A DNA stretch of 64,000 nt from a bacterium. GTDB lineage: Bacteria; SAR324; XYD2-FULL-50-16. Under the pieces are notes generated by a model, which was not told where the DNA came from, searched no databases, and was given only the letters and a program-made list of their open reading frames with translations. The stretch covers positions 1,433 to 65,432 of the forward strand of contig JAOZRE010000002.1 of the NCBI GenBank assembly GCA_029940215.1, read 5' to 3'. Each line of letters begins with the position of its first letter. Position 1 is the first letter of the stretch. Positions 1 through 9,773 of this stretch are shown here, piece by piece. A program made the position numbers and the translations under genes.

Positions 1-2
1 TT

Positions 3-416
3 TCAAATCTGGTCGCAGACGACACCCCTTTCCTCAAGGATGAACGCATCAACCGGATAAACGCCCTGCGCCGGGTACTGGATAATCCCGATCTGACCAT
101 CAGCGAAAAATATCGCCGTAGCATGGAAGCTCTGTTCATAGAGGCTGAGTACGGCAGCACCATCGAAGTATACAGCCAGACAATCAACACCGGCGGGCAG
201 GAGTTGACAGCCAGTATATTCAGGTTGGGGCGGATCTCACTCTTCTTCCAGAGTCCTGACAAAAACCTGACAGGCTACTATGACCTCCGTGAGAAAGCTT
301 GGAAAGTGTTTCCTGACAGTTATATTCGTGATATCAACATCGCCTTTGAAATTGCCGGCAAGCGTCGCCCGGTCAAAATCGTCAACCTTCCACTGGGGAG
401 GCTGGCCATTCCATGA
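3..416 (+). CDS. DUF3450-family protein (TonB2-system accessory, TtpB-like), C-terminal part; the ORF runs in from upstream of the window.
   Basis: Open frame from base 3 with no upstream stop. The C-terminal sequence (EAEYGSTIEVYSQTI...GRISLFFQS...GYYDL) resembles DUF3450 proteins that precede ExbB in TonB2 clusters. Its stop overlaps the next gene's start (ATGA at 413-416). Confidence 0.65.
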   Translation, partial: SNLVADDTPFLKDERINRINALRRVLDNPDLTISEKYRRSMEALFIEAEYGSTIEVYSQTINTGGQELTASIFRLGRISLFFQSPDKNLTGYYDLREKAWKVFPDSYIRDINIAFEIAGKRRPVKIVNLPLGRLAIP

Positions 417-1864
417 TAAGCAAACACACCCTATATCACTGCCTGGTTTGCCTGCTCCTGTTTTTAGCCCCATCCACCTTGACTGCTGCAGATATGCGAG
501 TTACAGAGCAAGCAGTTGCAACCCGAAAGACGGAGCTACTGAATCAGGTCCGGGCGGAAAAACAGGAGGCTGGTAAAGAGGCCCTGAAAAGCAGACAGAA
601 GTTGGACACTGAGCGGCTATCCCTGCTAAGCGACATCCGAAAGTTGAAAAGACAAAACAGCGCGGCTCAGACAGCGAACAAGAAAAAGAGGGCTGAACTG
701 CAACGACTGGAAGCCGGCAGAAAGAAGCTGCAGAAACAGCAGGAACAGATCGACGCAGTTTCCAGAGAACTGATCGGATTCATGCGGGTCAATGCAAAGG
801 ACCTGGATGCCCTCATCAGTCAAAGCCAGCAGAGTGCATTTATTCAGGATCGGGGCACATTTATTCAGCGCCTGCTGAAAAGCGAAAATTATCCGGACAT
901 GACGGATGTTCGCAACATGACTACCCTTCTGCTGGAAGAGATTCAACTTTCCGGCGAGGTCAGAATTCAGGAGCATTCCCTGGTGAGCAGGTCAGGAGAA
1001 GCAGTGATCACCCCCATACTGGTACTTGGCAATTTCACAACCGCCTACCGGACAGATGAGGAAACTGGCTTCGCTTTGTATTCCGAAAAAAGCCGGAGGC
1101 TCTTTGCCCTCTCCCGAACACCAGCCGGCAGCGTTCAAAGTCGCATCGAACGCTACATGAAAGGGGAATCCATCACCGTTCCCATCGATATCTCCCAGGG
1201 CAGCGCCCTACGCCAGATTTCAAGCGGGCTCAATTTCGTTGAGCAGATTGCCGCTGGCGGCCCCGTCGTCTGGCCCATTGTCGGGATTTTCCTTTTTGGA
1301 CTATTGATTGTGATGGAGCGGCTGTTTTTCCTGTTGCGTCGCCACATTAACGCAGAGAAACTGAGCGAACAGCTTAACACACTGGCCCTGAACAGCCAGT
1401 GGCAGGCGTGTGCAACTCTACTCAAGTCCTACCGGGGCAAACCCTTGGCAGTAGTGCTCAGTACCGCATTGAAACACCGGCAGATGAAACGGGAGGACAT
1501 TGAAAACGCATTGCAGGAAACCATTCTGGGCCAGATCCCTCCTCTGGAGCGATTTCTTTCCACGCTGGGCATGATCGCATCCATCGCTCCCCTGCTGGGT
1601 CTGCTGGGAACTGTTACGGGGATGATCAACACCTTTCACGCCATCACCTACTTCGGCACCGGTGACGCCAAGATGATGTCAGGAGGCATATCTGAAGCCT
1701 TGGTTACCACTATGCTGGGCCTAGCGGTGGCTATCCCCATCATGTTTTCCCACACTCTGCTCTCCCGATTTGTGGAGAACCTGATCGCACAGATGGAGGA
1801 GAAAGCAGTGGCCTTCGTCAACACCATCGAGAAGGTCAAGGAGGAGTATGATCCTGCAGCTTAG
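413..1864 (+). CDS. Large MotA/TolQ/ExbB-family proton-channel protein (TtpC-like): signal peptide, long coiled-coil N-terminal domain and a C-terminal 3-TM ExbB domain.
   Basis: 483 aa. N-terminal signal peptide and a K/E/Q-rich coiled coil. C-terminus has the ExbB/TolQ signature (LGLLGTVTGMINTFHAI...GISEALVTTMLGLAVAIP). Gene order matches known TonB2/TtpC clusters. Confidence 0.8.
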   Translation: MISKHTLYHCLVCLLLFLAPSTLTAADMRVTEQAVATRKTELLNQVRAEKQEAGKEALKSRQKLDTERLSLLSDIRKLKRQNSAAQTANKKKRAELQRLEAGRKKLQKQQEQIDAVSRELIGFMRVNAKDLDALISQSQQSAFIQDRGTFIQRLLKSENYPDMTDVRNMTTLLLEEIQLSGEVRIQEHSLVSRSGEAVITPILVLGNFTTAYRTDEETGFALYSEKSRRLFALSRTPAGSVQSRIERYMKGESITVPIDISQGSALRQISSGLNFVEQIAAGGPVVWPIVGIFLFGLLIVMERLFFLLRRHINAEKLSEQLNTLALNSQWQACATLLKSYRGKPLAVVLSTALKHRQMKREDIENALQETILGQIPPLERFLSTLGMIASIAPLLGLLGTVTGMINTFHAITYFGTGDAKMMSGGISEALVTTMLGLAVAIPIMFSHTLLSRFVENLIAQMEEKAVAFVNTIEKVKEEYDPAA

Positions 1865-2459
1865 AGAGGTTTATCTGCAGGCAGAGGGCTACGTGTTGGG
1901 CGGCGGGGTGGTCATTGTACCCATTATCCTGATCTCAGTTGTAATGTGGACACTGATCCTCAACCGGGTCCTGTTCTTCAGGCGGCTGCACCGGAAAAAC
2001 ATGAGCCGGGTAGAAGCTGGACAGTGTATCCGGACAGGTAGAGAACCGGATCTCGATCAATACAGGGGCATCACCAGCCTACTGGTGAGACGCTTCCTCA
2101 GGAAGAAGACAGGCAACCGGGCTGTGGACAGACACATACTGGACGAGACGGTCATGCACACCGTTTCCTCCCTGGACAACTACCTGGCAGTCATCCAGGT
2201 GCTGGCCGGCATGGCACCACTTCTGGGCCTCCTGGGAACTGTCACCGGCATGATCACCACCTTCAATGTCATCGCCGGATACGGAACAGGAAACGCACGG
2301 GCCATGGCCGGCGGTATTTCCGAGGCCCTGATTACGACACAATCAGGGCTGCTGGTTGCTATTCCCGGCCTTTATATGGCCGGGTTCCTGAAAAAACGGG
2401 CGGAAAACCTGAAACAACGGCTGGCATCTGTCGGGCTGTATCTTTTAAACCATATCTGA
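1848..2459 (+). CDS. exbB: ExbB/TolQ-family proton channel (short form).
   Basis: 203 aa with the conserved MAPLLGLLGTVTGMITTF...GGISEALITTQSGLLVAIP motifs. Overlaps the upstream gene by 17 nt. Confidence 0.85.
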   Translation: MILQLREVYLQAEGYVLGGGVVIVPIILISVVMWTLILNRVLFFRRLHRKNMSRVEAGQCIRTGREPDLDQYRGITSLLVRRFLRKKTGNRAVDRHILDETVMHTVSSLDNYLAVIQVLAGMAPLLGLLGTVTGMITTFNVIAGYGTGNARAMAGGISEALITTQSGLLVAIPGLYMAGFLKKRAENLKQRLASVGLYLLNHI

Positions 2460-2467
2460 GTCAACCC

Positions 2468-2890
2468 ATGCTGAACATTACTGCTGCCAGAAAGGGAAAG
2501 AAACAGCCGCTGGAATTGAATATGGCGCCTCTGATCGATATGGTATTCATTCTGCTGATCTTCTTTATTGTCACCACCAGTTTCGTCAAGGAGACCGGTA
2601 TTAAGATCAATCGACCGACCGCTTCAACTGCCATCGCCAAAACCCGGTCCAGCATTATGATCGGCATCACCAGTGATAATCGGATTTTCATGAACTCAAG
2701 AGAAATTGATTTTCGAGCAGTCAGGGGCAACGTAGAGCGAGCTCTGGCAGAGAACCCCGAGGGAGAGGTCGTCATCGTGGCAGATATGGACAGTTCCACC
2801 CGTGCTGTGATCACGGCCATGGACGCCTGCAAATTGGCAGGCGCCGATAACGTCTCCATTGCCGCCAGTCATCCTTCAACAGCTGAATAG
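2468..2890 (+). CDS. exbD: ExbD/TolR biopolymer transport protein.
   Basis: 140 aa. N-terminal LNMAPLIDMVFILLIFFIV is the typical ExbD TM anchor, followed by a periplasmic domain. Confidence 0.85.
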   Translation: MLNITAARKGKKQPLELNMAPLIDMVFILLIFFIVTTSFVKETGIKINRPTASTAIAKTRSSIMIGITSDNRIFMNSREIDFRAVRGNVERALAENPEGEVVIVADMDSSTRAVITAMDACKLAGADNVSIAASHPSTAE

Positions 2891-2898
2891 GATCAGAG

Positions 2899-3588
2899 AT
2901 GGACAGCGCCCAGCAATCAATATTTATCAATAAATTCCGCGCATGGGGAATCCCCATTCTGGCAGCCCTGCTGCTAAATGGCCTTCTAATAAGCTTCATC
3001 CCAGGGCTGATGGATCCTATTTCAGAAAGAAAACTGGATATTGAGTCAATTCAGGGCTTCAGGATGGTGCGTATTAAATCCCCTGTACCGAAAAACAAAG
3101 AACAGATCTTCCCGGAAAAACGGATGATCACATCACCTGAGAAACAATCACTACTGGAAAACCCTTTGATGGCGGACAGTGGCCAACCCAACCTGACACT
3201 GGATTTGAAAACCGATATGCCAGCTCCTACCTACAGCCGGGAGCTGAAGGTTAAGTTGAATTTCGACCTGCCAACCCCAGGCGCAGCGCTCTACTCCCTG
3301 GATGAGATCGACAGCCCATTGCTGCCACTGGTACGAACGCCACCTCTTTACCCCAGGCAAGCTCAAAGAAGGGGCATTCAGGGGTGGGTAGATGTCGAGT
3401 TTATTGTCAACGTTTCAGGCAGGGTCGAAACTGTCACCATCATCCAGGCAAAACCACCAGGGATATACGATCAGAGTGTAATCCGCGCCATCTCCAGCTG
3501 GCGCTTCAGCCCGGGAACCGTCAGCGGCAAGCCCGTCAACATCCGGATCAGGCAAAGACTGCAGTTCAGGTTGGGTCATGAAAAATAG
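2899..3588 (+). CDS. tonB: TonB energy transducer.
   Basis: 229 aa: N-terminal TM helix, Pro-rich linker, and a C-terminal TonB domain (PLYPRQAQRRGIQGWVDVEFIVNVSGRVETVTII...SSWRFSP). Confidence 0.8.
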   Translation: MDSAQQSIFINKFRAWGIPILAALLLNGLLISFIPGLMDPISERKLDIESIQGFRMVRIKSPVPKNKEQIFPEKRMITSPEKQSLLENPLMADSGQPNLTLDLKTDMPAPTYSRELKVKLNFDLPTPGAALYSLDEIDSPLLPLVRTPPLYPRQAQRRGIQGWVDVEFIVNVSGRVETVTIIQAKPPGIYDQSVIRAISSWRFSPGTVSGKPVNIRIRQRLQFRLGHEK

Positions 3589-4885
3589 CAAGGGCCTGCT
3601 GTTCATTCTGATCTGTTTGTACCTGACCGGGGTGGTCGCTGCTCCATCTGCTTCCGCCGCCGATAAGATTCCCGGAAAAGCTCACCGGGTGCTGACGGAA
3701 GTTTCACGGCTTCTGTCGAACCGTCAATACGAGGAGGCGATTCACCAGCTTGAATCCTTTCAAAGCCTGGCGCCTGAAAAGAGCAGACAATCCAAAAAGG
3801 GAGGGAACCATCATTTCCTCATCACCTTCGCTCTTGGAAACAGTTACCTGGGGGCAAACCGGCCTGAGGACGCCGTGAAGGCGTACCAGCTGGTCTTGAA
3901 TGACCGGCCGGACTATGTTCCGGCCGGATCCAATCTGGGGAAAACCTGGTATCAGCTGGGACGGTTTGAACAGGCAGCTGAGACCTTCAGCCGGGCTTAT
4001 GAGATGTCCAGAAAGCAAAAGTCCCGGCTACTCTATCTCACAGCAGTCAGTTTGTTGTCAGCCGGATTGCCCGCCTCGGCGCTCGAAAAAATGCAACTGC
4101 TGGCAAGAGAGCACCCCGACGCCATCGGGACATCGGAACTGGAGACACAGGTCCGTATTTTGTTTGCCCTGAATCGAAACCGGGAGGCACTACCCGTCAT
4201 TCGGGAGATTATTTCGGTAAGCAATGGCACCCGCTTGAAAAAGTGGCGTGAGATATTGCTTCATCAGTATATGGCATTGAATATGCGGCAGGCAGCCCTC
4301 CGCTTTGCAGAGGAGCTGATCAATGAAGAACCGCTGGAACCTTCATGGTGGAAAGGGGTGGCCAGTGTCCACCTCTCCGAAAAAAACCATGAAAAAGCGT
4401 TGATGGCCATGATAGTTGTCCGTCAATTAACCCCCCTGACAACAGAAGAGAAAAAACTGGTGGCATCACTGAACCTGTTTCTCGATATTCCGATCCAGTC
4501 AGCCCAGGTCTATGAAGGACTGCCCCTGTCAGAGATGACACCTGGAGCCGTCAAAGCACTGGTTCACAGTTACCTGAAACTGGACGACATCAAAGCTGCG
4601 CAGAAGTGGCTTGAGTATGGTGTACAGCAATACACGGACAAGGACCTGCTGCATCTGAAGGCCAACCTGCACTTTGAGCAGGAACAGTTCGAGGCCGCCA
4701 GCAACAGTTACGAGCAGTTGGTCATGTCATACCCAGACATGGGACAGGCGTGGTTGATGTGGGGTTACTCTGCCTGGATGCATGAAGAACCAGTCACTGC
4801 CCGCAAGGCGCTCACCCAAGCAGGCACTTTCAACGAACAGAGGTCATTCGCCCGCGCAATCCTGAAACAGATGGACAACCATTGA
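3578..4885 (+). CDS. TPR-repeat protein with signal peptide (TtpD-like accessory of the TonB2 system).
   Basis: 435 aa with a signal peptide and multiple TPR-like repeats (AYQLVLNDRPDYVPAGSNLGKTWYQLGRFEQAAETFSRAYEM). Position after tonB matches TonB2 clusters. Confidence 0.7.
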   Translation: MKNSKGLLFILICLYLTGVVAAPSASAADKIPGKAHRVLTEVSRLLSNRQYEEAIHQLESFQSLAPEKSRQSKKGGNHHFLITFALGNSYLGANRPEDAVKAYQLVLNDRPDYVPAGSNLGKTWYQLGRFEQAAETFSRAYEMSRKQKSRLLYLTAVSLLSAGLPASALEKMQLLAREHPDAIGTSELETQVRILFALNRNREALPVIREIISVSNGTRLKKWREILLHQYMALNMRQAALRFAEELINEEPLEPSWWKGVASVHLSEKNHEKALMAMIVVRQLTPLTTEEKKLVASLNLFLDIPIQSAQVYEGLPLSEMTPGAVKALVHSYLKLDDIKAAQKWLEYGVQQYTDKDLLHLKANLHFEQEQFEAASNSYEQLVMSYPDMGQAWLMWGYSAWMHEEPVTARKALTQAGTFNEQRSFARAILKQMDNH

Positions 4886-5796
4886 AAAAACGACCGCTCT
4901 CATTCATGCTGTTTTTCATCATGGCAAGCCTGATTGGCACCAATAGCTTTGCCGAAAAAACGGTAACCGACCCCATCGGGCGCACAATGACGATTCCTGA
5001 TCATCCCGTGCGGATTATTTCACTGGCTCCAAGCATCACCGAGATTATCTTTTCGCTGGAACAGCAACATCGACTGGTCGGCGCCACACGCTACAGCAAT
5101 TATCCTGAAGCTGCTTCCAGATTGCCACGTGTTGGATCTTATATCCGGTTGGATCTCGAACGGATCCTCGCCCTGCGTCCCGACATGTGTATTGCGGTTA
5201 AGGACGGTAATCCCATCGTCGTCGTCCGGCGGCTGATGGAGCTGGGTATTCCGGTTTATGCAGTGGACCCCCATAATGTCACAGCGGTGATGGAGACCGT
5301 TCAGGCAATCGGGGAACTGCTCGATGCCGGTCAGACAAGCCGCAGACTGCTGGATCAGATGCAGGGCCGAATCGACAGGGTTCAAAGCCGGGTTGCCTCC
5401 GTCAGCAAAAAACCACGCGTGTTCCTGCAAATCGGCATTTCTCCGATGGTTTCGGTTGGACCGAACACCCTGGCAGATGAAATGATAACCCTGGCTGGCG
5501 GCAGGAACGTGGTTGAAGGTGAAAACCAGTATCCGGTGTTCTCAAAAGAGCAGATTCTCGGGCTGGCACCAGACATCTATATTATCACCTCCATGGCCCG
5601 GGAGAAAATTTTTGAGGATATCAGGCAGGAGTGGCAACAGTGGCCGCAAATGCCGGCCGTCCGCAACAACCGGATCTATCTGATCAACTCGGACCTGACC
5701 GATCGCCCATCACCCCGCTTGCTGGATGGCCTGGAGTGTATCGCCGCCGCCATTCACCCGGACCGTTTTAACGTCAAGCAGTTCAATTGCAGGTAA
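4882..5796 (+). CDS. ABC transporter periplasmic substrate-binding protein, cobalamin/heme/Fe-siderophore class (BtuF/FecB-like).
   Basis: 304 aa with a signal peptide. The IISLAPSITEIIFSL...RLVGATRYSNYP motif is typical of BtuF-type class III binding proteins. Translationally coupled to the upstream and downstream genes. Confidence 0.8.
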   Translation: MKKRPLSFMLFFIMASLIGTNSFAEKTVTDPIGRTMTIPDHPVRIISLAPSITEIIFSLEQQHRLVGATRYSNYPEAASRLPRVGSYIRLDLERILALRPDMCIAVKDGNPIVVVRRLMELGIPVYAVDPHNVTAVMETVQAIGELLDAGQTSRRLLDQMQGRIDRVQSRVASVSKKPRVFLQIGISPMVSVGPNTLADEMITLAGGRNVVEGENQYPVFSKEQILGLAPDIYIITSMAREKIFEDIRQEWQQWPQMPAVRNNRIYLINSDLTDRPSPRLLDGLECIAAAIHPDRFNVKQFNCR

Positions 5797-6785
5797 CCAT
5801 GATTAAACGCATTGCACTCATCTCGATCATCCTGACAGCTGTTCTGCTGCTGACTATGCTGTTGGGGATATCCGTCGGATCATCCGACCGGAATATGATG
5901 CACACGCTGAATGCAATCATACACCCGGAACGGGAGCCGGTTCTATCGGCCATCGTATACAAGATCCGGTTTCCAAGAGTGTTGCTGGCTGTCATTGCTG
6001 GAGCGGTTCTCTCACTGGGCGGCGTTGTCTTCCAGTCTATCCTGCGAAATCCATTGGCAGAACCATACATCCTTGGAATTTCCGGTGGGGCCGCCATCGG
6101 CGCTATTCTCGGTATTATCATGGGGTTCGCACGATTTCCCGGCGTCGGCTTCACCGCATTTGCCGGCAGTATCCTCAGCCTGATACTGATTCTCTACCTG
6201 TCGAGCGGGCAGACACTTTTTCAGAAAGACCGGTTGCTGCTCTCCGGCGTGATGGTCAACGCTTTCTGCTCAGCTGTGATCATGTTCCTGGTTTCCATCA
6301 CCCGGGACGCCCGCCTGCACAATATCATGTTCTGGCTAATGGGGGACTTCTCAGCCATCAACACAGTGCAGGCCTCCCTGCTACTGGTCATGCTTATCCC
6401 CTGCTTCATCCTGATTTTTTTCCTGTCTCATACCCTGAATCTGCTGAGCATGGGCAAGGAGAGCGCCCAGTCAGCTGGAATCCAGACCCGGGTAATCGTA
6501 TTGGTACAGCTCGTAACCACCTCGTTTATGGTAAGCTTGGTGGTCGGTTATTGTGGGCTGCTGGGATTTGTCGGACTCGTGGTACCACATCTGATGAGAA
6601 TTCGACTGGGTCCTGACCACCGGGTCCTGATTCCAGCCTGTATTCTGGGTGGCGGCTCTTACATGGTCCTCTGCGATATCCTCGCACGCACCCTGCCGGA
6701 ACAGGGTGAAATGCCCACCGGTGTCATCACGGCATTGATCGGTGCCCCCCTGTTTATCTATTTTTTGAAGAGGGCGAAATCATGA
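5787..6785 (+). CDS. FecCD-family ABC permease (BtuC/HmuU-like).
   Basis: 332 aa, highly hydrophobic with about 9-10 TM segments. Ends with the ...ITALIGAPLFIYFL motif typical of FecCD permeases. Confidence 0.85.
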   Translation: MQVTMIKRIALISIILTAVLLLTMLLGISVGSSDRNMMHTLNAIIHPEREPVLSAIVYKIRFPRVLLAVIAGAVLSLGGVVFQSILRNPLAEPYILGISGGAAIGAILGIIMGFARFPGVGFTAFAGSILSLILILYLSSGQTLFQKDRLLLSGVMVNAFCSAVIMFLVSITRDARLHNIMFWLMGDFSAINTVQASLLLVMLIPCFILIFFLSHTLNLLSMGKESAQSAGIQTRVIVLVQLVTTSFMVSLVVGYCGLLGFVGLVVPHLMRIRLGPDHRVLIPACILGGGSYMVLCDILARTLPEQGEMPTGVITALIGAPLFIYFLKRAKS

Positions 6786-7612
6786 AAACCGCCATCGAGG
6801 TCAACAACCTGACTTGTCGTTACGACCACCGGGCCGTCGTGGACAGGATCTCCTTTTCTGTCAGAGAGGGTGAGTTCTTTATCATCATTGGTCCAAACGG
6901 ATCCGGGAAGTCTACCCTGATGAACACCGTTGCCGGCCTGTCTCCTTCTTCCGGCGGGGATGTTCTGATCAGAAACCGGCCACTGGCGGACTACCCGCGA
7001 AAGGTTCTGGCCCGCACTGTTGCCGTTGTGCGCCAGCAAGCCAGCATAGACTTTCCCTTTACCGTACGCGAAATCGTAATGATGGGGCGGACGCCACACC
7101 AGGGTCTGCTTGGACTGGAGAACAGCATAGACCAGGCTGCTGTCGATGAGGCGCTGTTGTTCACAGATCTGCAGGACCTGGCCAATCGGAACATCCACCA
7201 ACTCAGTGGAGGAGAGTGCCAGCGTGTCTTCATCGCACGAGCCATCTGTCAGGATCCGCAAATCATGTTACTGGACGAACCAACAGCCGCCTTGGACCTT
7301 GCCCACCAGACCCGTATTATGGACCTGATGGAAAAACTGAAAGTGGAAAAAGGGACAACCATTGTGATGATTTCCCATGATATCAACCTGGCCTCACTGT
7401 ACGCTGATACTCTTCTGTTGGTAAAAGGGGGACAAACGGTCAAACAAGGTACCCCGGACACAGTCCTGACCTATGATATACTGGAGGATGCCTACGAATG
7501 TCACCTGCTGATGGATATCAGCCCGGTAAAATCACGTCCTCGAGTAACGCTGGTACCGGACTCCTATCTCAGAGGCATCACTGAAAAAGAAGCGAATCAC
7601 GGAGCGGATTGA
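6782..7612 (+). CDS. ABC transporter ATP-binding protein (BtuD/FecE-like).
   Basis: Walker A (GPNGSGKST), ABC signature (LSGGECQRV) and Walker B (LLDEPTAALD). Confidence 0.9.
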   Translation: MKTAIEVNNLTCRYDHRAVVDRISFSVREGEFFIIIGPNGSGKSTLMNTVAGLSPSSGGDVLIRNRPLADYPRKVLARTVAVVRQQASIDFPFTVREIVMMGRTPHQGLLGLENSIDQAAVDEALLFTDLQDLANRNIHQLSGGECQRVFIARAICQDPQIMLLDEPTAALDLAHQTRIMDLMEKLKVEKGTTIVMISHDINLASLYADTLLLVKGGQTVKQGTPDTVLTYDILEDAYECHLLMDISPVKSRPRVTLVPDSYLRGITEKEANHGAD

Positions 7613-7895
7613 GCTAAAAATTGATTCTTGAGCCAAATGTCACTCATCCCAACCAATTCTGAACCGTTCCTCCACGAACGCCAGTCCAATCATCCCTCTG
7701 CCCATACGAGTGGAAACCCACGCTATTATGATCACTCTTGCCATCGCCTTTAAATATTATCCTTTACTTTTCCACCTGATTTAGTCAGCATTGCGATTGG
7801 AACTGGAATTGCAGTAATACTCCGGTTAATGATTCAATTTTCTGGGCACCTCCCGCTATTTAGATGGTTTTGAACCCTGGAATGAAATAAACCAA

Positions 7896-8819
7896 ATGCA
7901 ACGATATATCATCAAGCGTTTTCTTTTTGGCCTCCTGACGATTTTTTCCACCATTACTGTTGTGTTTTTTGTAATGCGGGGTTTAAATCCAGCGGACCCA
8001 ACAGCAATCATGTTGCCGCCTGACGCTACCCCTGAACTGCAGCAGCGGCTGAAAGTCAAATTCGGCCTGGATAAGCCGTTGATCCAGCAATACGGCATCT
8101 ATCTCAAAAACGGGATTGTCGGCGATTTCGGCGAGTCCTTCCGTTACAGCGAGCCGGCTCTGGATCTTGTCGTCGAGAGGATACCGGCAACGCTGCAGCT
8201 GACAGTCAGCTCCCTGTTTTTCTCTGTTCTGATCGGCATGATCGTTGGCATTACATCCGGGGTCAAACGGGACAGCCTCTTTGACCGAGTAGGCAGGCAA
8301 CTCTCGCTGATAGGAATGGCAGTACCCTCTTTTGCCATCGCCCTCTTCTTTATCCTGACCTTCGGGGTAATGTGGCGCATATTTCCGATATCAGGACGGG
8401 GGGGACTCGATCACTTTGTCCTGCCGGTGGTCTCCATGTCCTTGTACGGGATCGCCGCGTTCATACGACTGAGCCGCTCCTCGATGATCGAGGTATTGAA
8501 GAGTGAGTATGTCGTCATGGCCCATATCAAAGGGGTCCCGAAAATCAAGATAATACTGGTGCACGCATTGAAAAACGGCTGTATTCCCGTGATAACCATC
8601 CTTGGACTTGTCATACCCGGATTGGTCATGGGATCGGTTGTGATCGAAACCATTTTCTCCTGGCCCGGAGTGGGAAACCTGGTGATGGTCTCCATCTTTG
8701 CAAGGGATTATCCGGTGGTACAAGTCATCGTCATTTTTATTTCCATCCTGATTGTCATGTCCAACCTGATGGTGGACATTCTATACGCATATCTTGACCC
8801 GAGAATCCGCTATCAATAG
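7896..8819 (+). CDS. ABC transporter permease, Opp/Dpp/Nik family (B-type).
   Basis: 307 aa with 6 TM segments. Ends with ...ILYAYLDPRIRY, typical of OppB/DppB/NikB. Confidence 0.85.
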   Translation: MQRYIIKRFLFGLLTIFSTITVVFFVMRGLNPADPTAIMLPPDATPELQQRLKVKFGLDKPLIQQYGIYLKNGIVGDFGESFRYSEPALDLVVERIPATLQLTVSSLFFSVLIGMIVGITSGVKRDSLFDRVGRQLSLIGMAVPSFAIALFFILTFGVMWRIFPISGRGGLDHFVLPVVSMSLYGIAAFIRLSRSSMIEVLKSEYVVMAHIKGVPKIKIILVHALKNGCIPVITILGLVIPGLVMGSVVIETIFSWPGVGNLVMVSIFARDYPVVQVIVIFISILIVMSNLMVDILYAYLDPRIRYQ

Positions 8820-8871
8820 ACCAGAGGTATCCAAGCGGATTGGTTGACCCTAACATTATTAAATAAGAAAC

Positions 8872-9759
8872 ATGCCTGAATCATCAATGGATACACTGGA
8901 AGCAGAAGGCAGTGTCGAAGCCAAAAGCAGGGCTCGGAACAGAATCCCCTATATCGGATTGGGCTTTATCTCTATTTTTCTGTTTGTCGTTATATTTGGA
9001 CAATGGGTTGCCCCATATGATTATGACTACTGGGACATGGCCAATATCACACAACCGCCAGTCTGGCTGGAAGGTGGATCCTGGGAGCATATACTTGGCA
9101 CCGATCCCCTGGGCAGGGATGTGCTCAGCCGTATTATTCACGGATCCCGGTATTCACTGGCCATTGCGCTCTCCTGTATTGCCGTCTATGGCACCATCGG
9201 TATTATCCTGGGGCTGATCTCAGGTTTCCTGGGGGGAAATGTCGACATGGGGATCATGCGGCTTTGTGATCTCTGGATGGGTCTGCCGCCAATTATCACG
9301 GCCATCCTGGTCGTATCGGTCATGGGACCGTCATCACTCGCGATTATTGTATACATCGGACTTTCAGGATGGCCTGGCTATACCCGGATTGTCCGGGGGG
9401 AAACCATGAGCCTTGCCCAGAACGATTTCATCCGGCTGGCGCGGGTGGCTGGCTGCAGCAAATTTCGAATCATCACCTCCCATATTTTCCCGAACATTGT
9501 AAACACACTGACCATCCTGATCACGCTGGATATCGGCGGCCTGATTATTCTCACCGCCACATTGAGCTTTCTGGGACTGGGGACGCAACCCCCATCACCG
9601 GACTGGGGTCTGATGATGAATGAGGGCCGACAGTATATCACCTATGCCTGGTGGCTGATCGTATTCCCAGGTGTTGCCATTATGTTTGCCGTACTCGGTT
9701 TTAATCTCGTCGGGGATTGGCTGAGAGACGTTCTCGATCCAAAGCAGAAACTCAGATAA
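8872..9759 (+). CDS. ABC transporter permease, Opp/Dpp/Nik family (C-type).
   Basis: 295 aa. N-terminal TM segment and the OppC/DppC/NikC-type EAA-loop region (...ILGTDPLGRDVLSRIIHGSRYSL...). Confidence 0.85.
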   Translation: MPESSMDTLEAEGSVEAKSRARNRIPYIGLGFISIFLFVVIFGQWVAPYDYDYWDMANITQPPVWLEGGSWEHILGTDPLGRDVLSRIIHGSRYSLAIALSCIAVYGTIGIILGLISGFLGGNVDMGIMRLCDLWMGLPPIITAILVVSVMGPSSLAIIVYIGLSGWPGYTRIVRGETMSLAQNDFIRLARVAGCSKFRIITSHIFPNIVNTLTILITLDIGGLIILTATLSFLGLGTQPPSPDWGLMMNEGRQYITYAWWLIVFPGVAIMFAVLGFNLVGDWLRDVLDPKQKLR

Positions 9760-9773
9760 GCCTGAAAAAAAAT

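Noticed and set aside
7613-7895. Possible sigma-54 promoter TGGGCACCTCCCGCTATT upstream of the Opp/Nik-like permease gene.
   Set aside because: The spacing between the GG and the downstream GC is 9 rather than 10. The -12 element is GCTA, not TTGC. Not convincing.
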